A DNA stretch of 64,000 nt, taken from a virus. The notes below the pieces were generated by a model. That model worked only from the letters and a program-made list of their open reading frames with translations, was not told the origin of the DNA and did no database searches. Location: IMG/VR virus record IMGVR_UViG_3300031718_000005, positions 4,280-68,279 of that record; one strand, 5' to 3'. Position numbers and translations under genes: made by a program. This document shows, in pieces, positions 62,105 to 64,000 of this stretch (position 1 is its first letter; every line of letters starts with the position of its first letter).

Positions 62105-62125
62105 CTTTGTTTGGCAGAGTTGACA

Positions 62126-62156
62126 GAATACATGTTGTCGGAAGTGAATACATGTT
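62126..62156 (+). promoter_or_regulatory. two GAATACATGTT repeats 20 bp apart
   Basis: Copies at 62126-62136 and 62146-62156, each with an ACATGT palindromic core. TTGACA at 62120. Begins 22 nt after the terS stop. Confidence 0.4.
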
Positions 62157-62463
62157 ATCGCTGAAAGCAAACGACTTACACCTTCACATTCGCGTTATTG
62201 ATACAAGCAGCGACGGTACACACGCGCTTAGTGGCTTGTGTCTATACGCACACACTGGCATGGCTCCTGGCTGGTGCATGCACGCTGGCACTGCCTCTAC
62301 AATAGCCCACAGTGACGCAGCCAGCCCCGTGGTGAGGTCGAAGGACGGTCAGGGGACGGTCAGGGGGTCTCAGGAGAGGGGGTACCCCTCGAATTCAAAA
62401 GCGATGAGCCGAGCCAAACCCGATTAGGTGCAAGAAGCATCCCTGGTATGAAACGGTTTTAGG

Positions 62464-62631
62464 ATGGCTCACCAACGAGCGATAGGGGCTTACGTAACCG
62501 ACTCGATGTGCCTGGGACGGTGCGAGTACGTGGATGGGGTGTGTCCTGAATGCGGGAGCCACGAAGTTGTGTCGGTGGGCGAGGACGCAGCATGCGATGT
62601 GGAGTGCGAGGAGTTGAATGCTTGTGATTGA
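62464..62631 (+). CDS. 55-aa Cys-rich ORF
   Basis: Read by eye: MAHQRAIGAYVTDSMCLGRCEYVDGVCPECGSHEVV.... Weak RBS. Confidence 0.35.
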   Translation: MAHQRAIGAYVTDSMCLGRCEYVDGVCPECGSHEVVSVGEDAACDVECEELNACD

Positions 62632-62800
62632 GAAGGGGAAGCGGGCGCGGGCGATCTGCCGGGAGTGTAGGGCGCTGCATGGGCCTAAGTCTTGTCCGAA
62701 GCGTAATAAGCAGTTGACTCTACGGCAAGCTGCCGAGCGACACGCCGACCGGGTTTTCAAGTACCTGATGAGTTTGCCGGAACGTGGGAAGAGTGCTTAG
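62618..62800 (+). CDS. small basic Cys-containing protein
   Basis: 60 aa with CRECRALHGPKSCPKR. Confidence 0.4.
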   Translation: MLVIEKGKRARAICRECRALHGPKSCPKRNKQLTLRQAAERHADRVFKYLMSLPERGKSA

Positions 62801-62818
62801 CGTGGTTACTTCTATACG

Positions 62819-62862
62819 TGATTCACTATGCTGAATCACTCTGATTCACCAGCATGAATCAC
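62819..62862 (+). promoter_or_regulatory. four TGA(A/T)TCAC sites, operator or iteron array
   Basis: Sites at 62819, 62832, 62842 and 62855, the last overlapping the ATG at 62854. A fifth full palindrome, GTGATTCAC, lies at 63086. Confidence 0.55.
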
Positions 62863-63276
62863 TTTCCAAAGCGAGAAAGGCACGCGAGATTGCCGGACTC
62901 GGTGCTCCTACACCCGGCGCTAAGTGCTGAATCGAAACTGGTTTACGCGGCGATAGCGCGGCACGCTTTTAATGGTTCCGAGGTCTACATCGGGCAGCGT
63001 AAGATAGCGGAATTACTCGGAATGAGTCAATCTTCTGTATCTCGTAGAATCCAAGAGCTTTTGGAATTAAAACACATTGAAATAAGTGATTCACGGCATG
63101 GGAAGCGTTCTGGCTACCATCTCCTGTCGAATGTGTTTGTTAAACGAGAATCGCAAAAAGGTGTAAATACTCACCAAGGCGTCAGTTCGACCGTTCGCAA
63201 GGCGCGGGCGTTCGCGCAGACTAACTCCAATCCACACGCGGCGTTGGATGATATTTTCGGGAAGGCCACGGCGTGA
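62854..63276 (+). CDS. helix-turn-helix protein (replication-initiator/DnaD-N-like or regulator)
   Basis: 140 aa with SKLVYAAIARHA...IGQRKIAELLGMSQSSVSRRIQELLELKHI. Confidence 0.6.
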   Translation: MNHFPKRERHARLPDSVLLHPALSAESKLVYAAIARHAFNGSEVYIGQRKIAELLGMSQSSVSRRIQELLELKHIEISDSRHGKRSGYHLLSNVFVKRESQKGVNTHQGVSSTVRKARAFAQTNSNPHAALDDIFGKATA

Positions 63277-63458
63277 TCGACGAGTGCAAGTGGAAGCCGC
63301 CGACCGAGCCGTTAACCAGATCACAGCGGGCCGTATTGCTTCTGCGTAAGCGACAGTTATTGAAGCACTTTGGCATTAAATCAGCCCCAATTGTGCCGAC
63401 GAGAAAAGACTGGTCGTGGGAGACTAGTAACATGGTACGGTCTAAATCGTTGTACTGA
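63273..63458 (+). CDS. hypothetical protein
   Basis: 61 aa, GTGA-coupled. Confidence 0.45.
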   Translation: MIDECKWKPPTEPLTRSQRAVLLLRKRQLLKHFGIKSAPIVPTRKDWSWETSNMVRSKSLY

Positions 63459-63525
63459 TTCAACTTAAGTAGCCGTGGAACATATCCATCGACTACCATG
63501 TTACTTTGTGCGACTATGTTACCTG

Positions 63526-63729
63526 ATGCCAAAGAAGAATCTGTGGAAGCTAACCGTTTTGAGAATCGATTCCACACTGGCCCAGCGCCTGAAGGTCGCC
63601 GCCGCGAATGAGCGCAAGAGCATGAAGGCGCTGGCCGAGGAGTACATCTCGCGGGGGTTGGTGCAAGCAGTTCATCAGAAGGCCGTCGATTGTATGCGAC
63701 CAGCTTCCGATAGTTGGAGTCAATCGTGA
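63526..63729 (+). CDS. ribbon-helix-helix-like protein
   Basis: Starts at an internal ATG. KLTVLRIDSTLAQRLKVAAANERKSMKALAEEYISRGL fits an RHH pattern. Confidence 0.45.
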   Translation: MPKKNLWKLTVLRIDSTLAQRLKVAAANERKSMKALAEEYISRGLVQAVHQKAVDCMRPASDSWSQS

Positions 63730-64000
63730 CTAGCACCGAAATGGCTCGTGCCGCTTCGACACGTTGGCCGGTTACCTTGTTAGCGATGGCTTTGAAACAG
63801 GACCATCCCTCCGCTACTCACTGGGTGTCGAGCAATAAATTCTTTACCGCGTTTCTAAGCGAAGGTATCGTTAGGGAGTTAAAGCCTGTGGAGATTCCGC
63901 CAGACGGATTCACTGCGCGGTACGAGAAAACCATGGCTAACCTGCCGGTTATCGTAACCCACCATGTGCCTATCGGCGAAGCGTGGCTCATGAGAGCGGA
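63726..64000 (+). CDS. hypothetical protein, 3-prime partial at window edge
   Basis: The GTG overlaps the upstream TGA. The frame stays open to the last base of the window. Confidence 0.4.
   Translation, partial: MTSTEMARAASTRWPVTLLAMALKQDHPSATHWVSSNKFFTAFLSEGIVRELKPVEIPPDGFTARYEKTMANLPVIVTHHVPIGEAWLMRA

Noticed and set aside
1-64000. Integrase, attachment sites or host flanks indicating an integrated prophage
   Set aside because: No tyrosine or serine recombinase motifs and no flanking direct repeats were recognised. Lifestyle cannot be decided from this window.

Overview
This window reads as most or all of a moderately GC-rich tailed dsDNA phage or prophage genome. No integrase, att site, tRNA, rRNA, CRISPR array or reverse transcriptase was seen. 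Layout: (1) 115-38965, a plus-strand morphogenesis block (terL, portal, scaffold-like, capsid-like, about 20 virion proteins, a fibre/adhesin cluster, then a membrane-protein cluster). It is interrupted by a minus-strand HNH island (9271-10520) and by an endonuclease VII insertion (35383-35934). (2) 39001-43244, a minus-strand early operon. (3) A divergent promoter switch at about 43250-43345. (4) 43345-56200, a plus-strand early operon: pentapeptide-repeat protein, Erf and YqaJ recombination pair, RusA, Dam-like and small C5 methyltransferases, HNH, DUF4326. (5) 56438-60850, a minus-strand operon carrying a Topo VI-A/Spo11-like (Mini-A type) protein, a T5orf172 protein, an ArdC-N-like pseudogene and a DUF3560-like protein. 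(6) 61424-64000, terS plus small regulators. The most unusual signals are: four promoter-like elements that each place an ATG 5-6 nt after the -10 (apparently leaderless mRNAs); an in-frame TGA splitting a coding-looking unit; a 467-nt hairpin-dense ORF-free spacer; a G+T-rich array of same-strand octamers; 28 near-identical 15-bp units encoding pentapeptide repeats; six fibre-region proteins with Sec-like N-termini; and a duplicated gene-junction segment bracketing the Mini-A cassette. All functional calls come from motif recognition by eye, with no database search.
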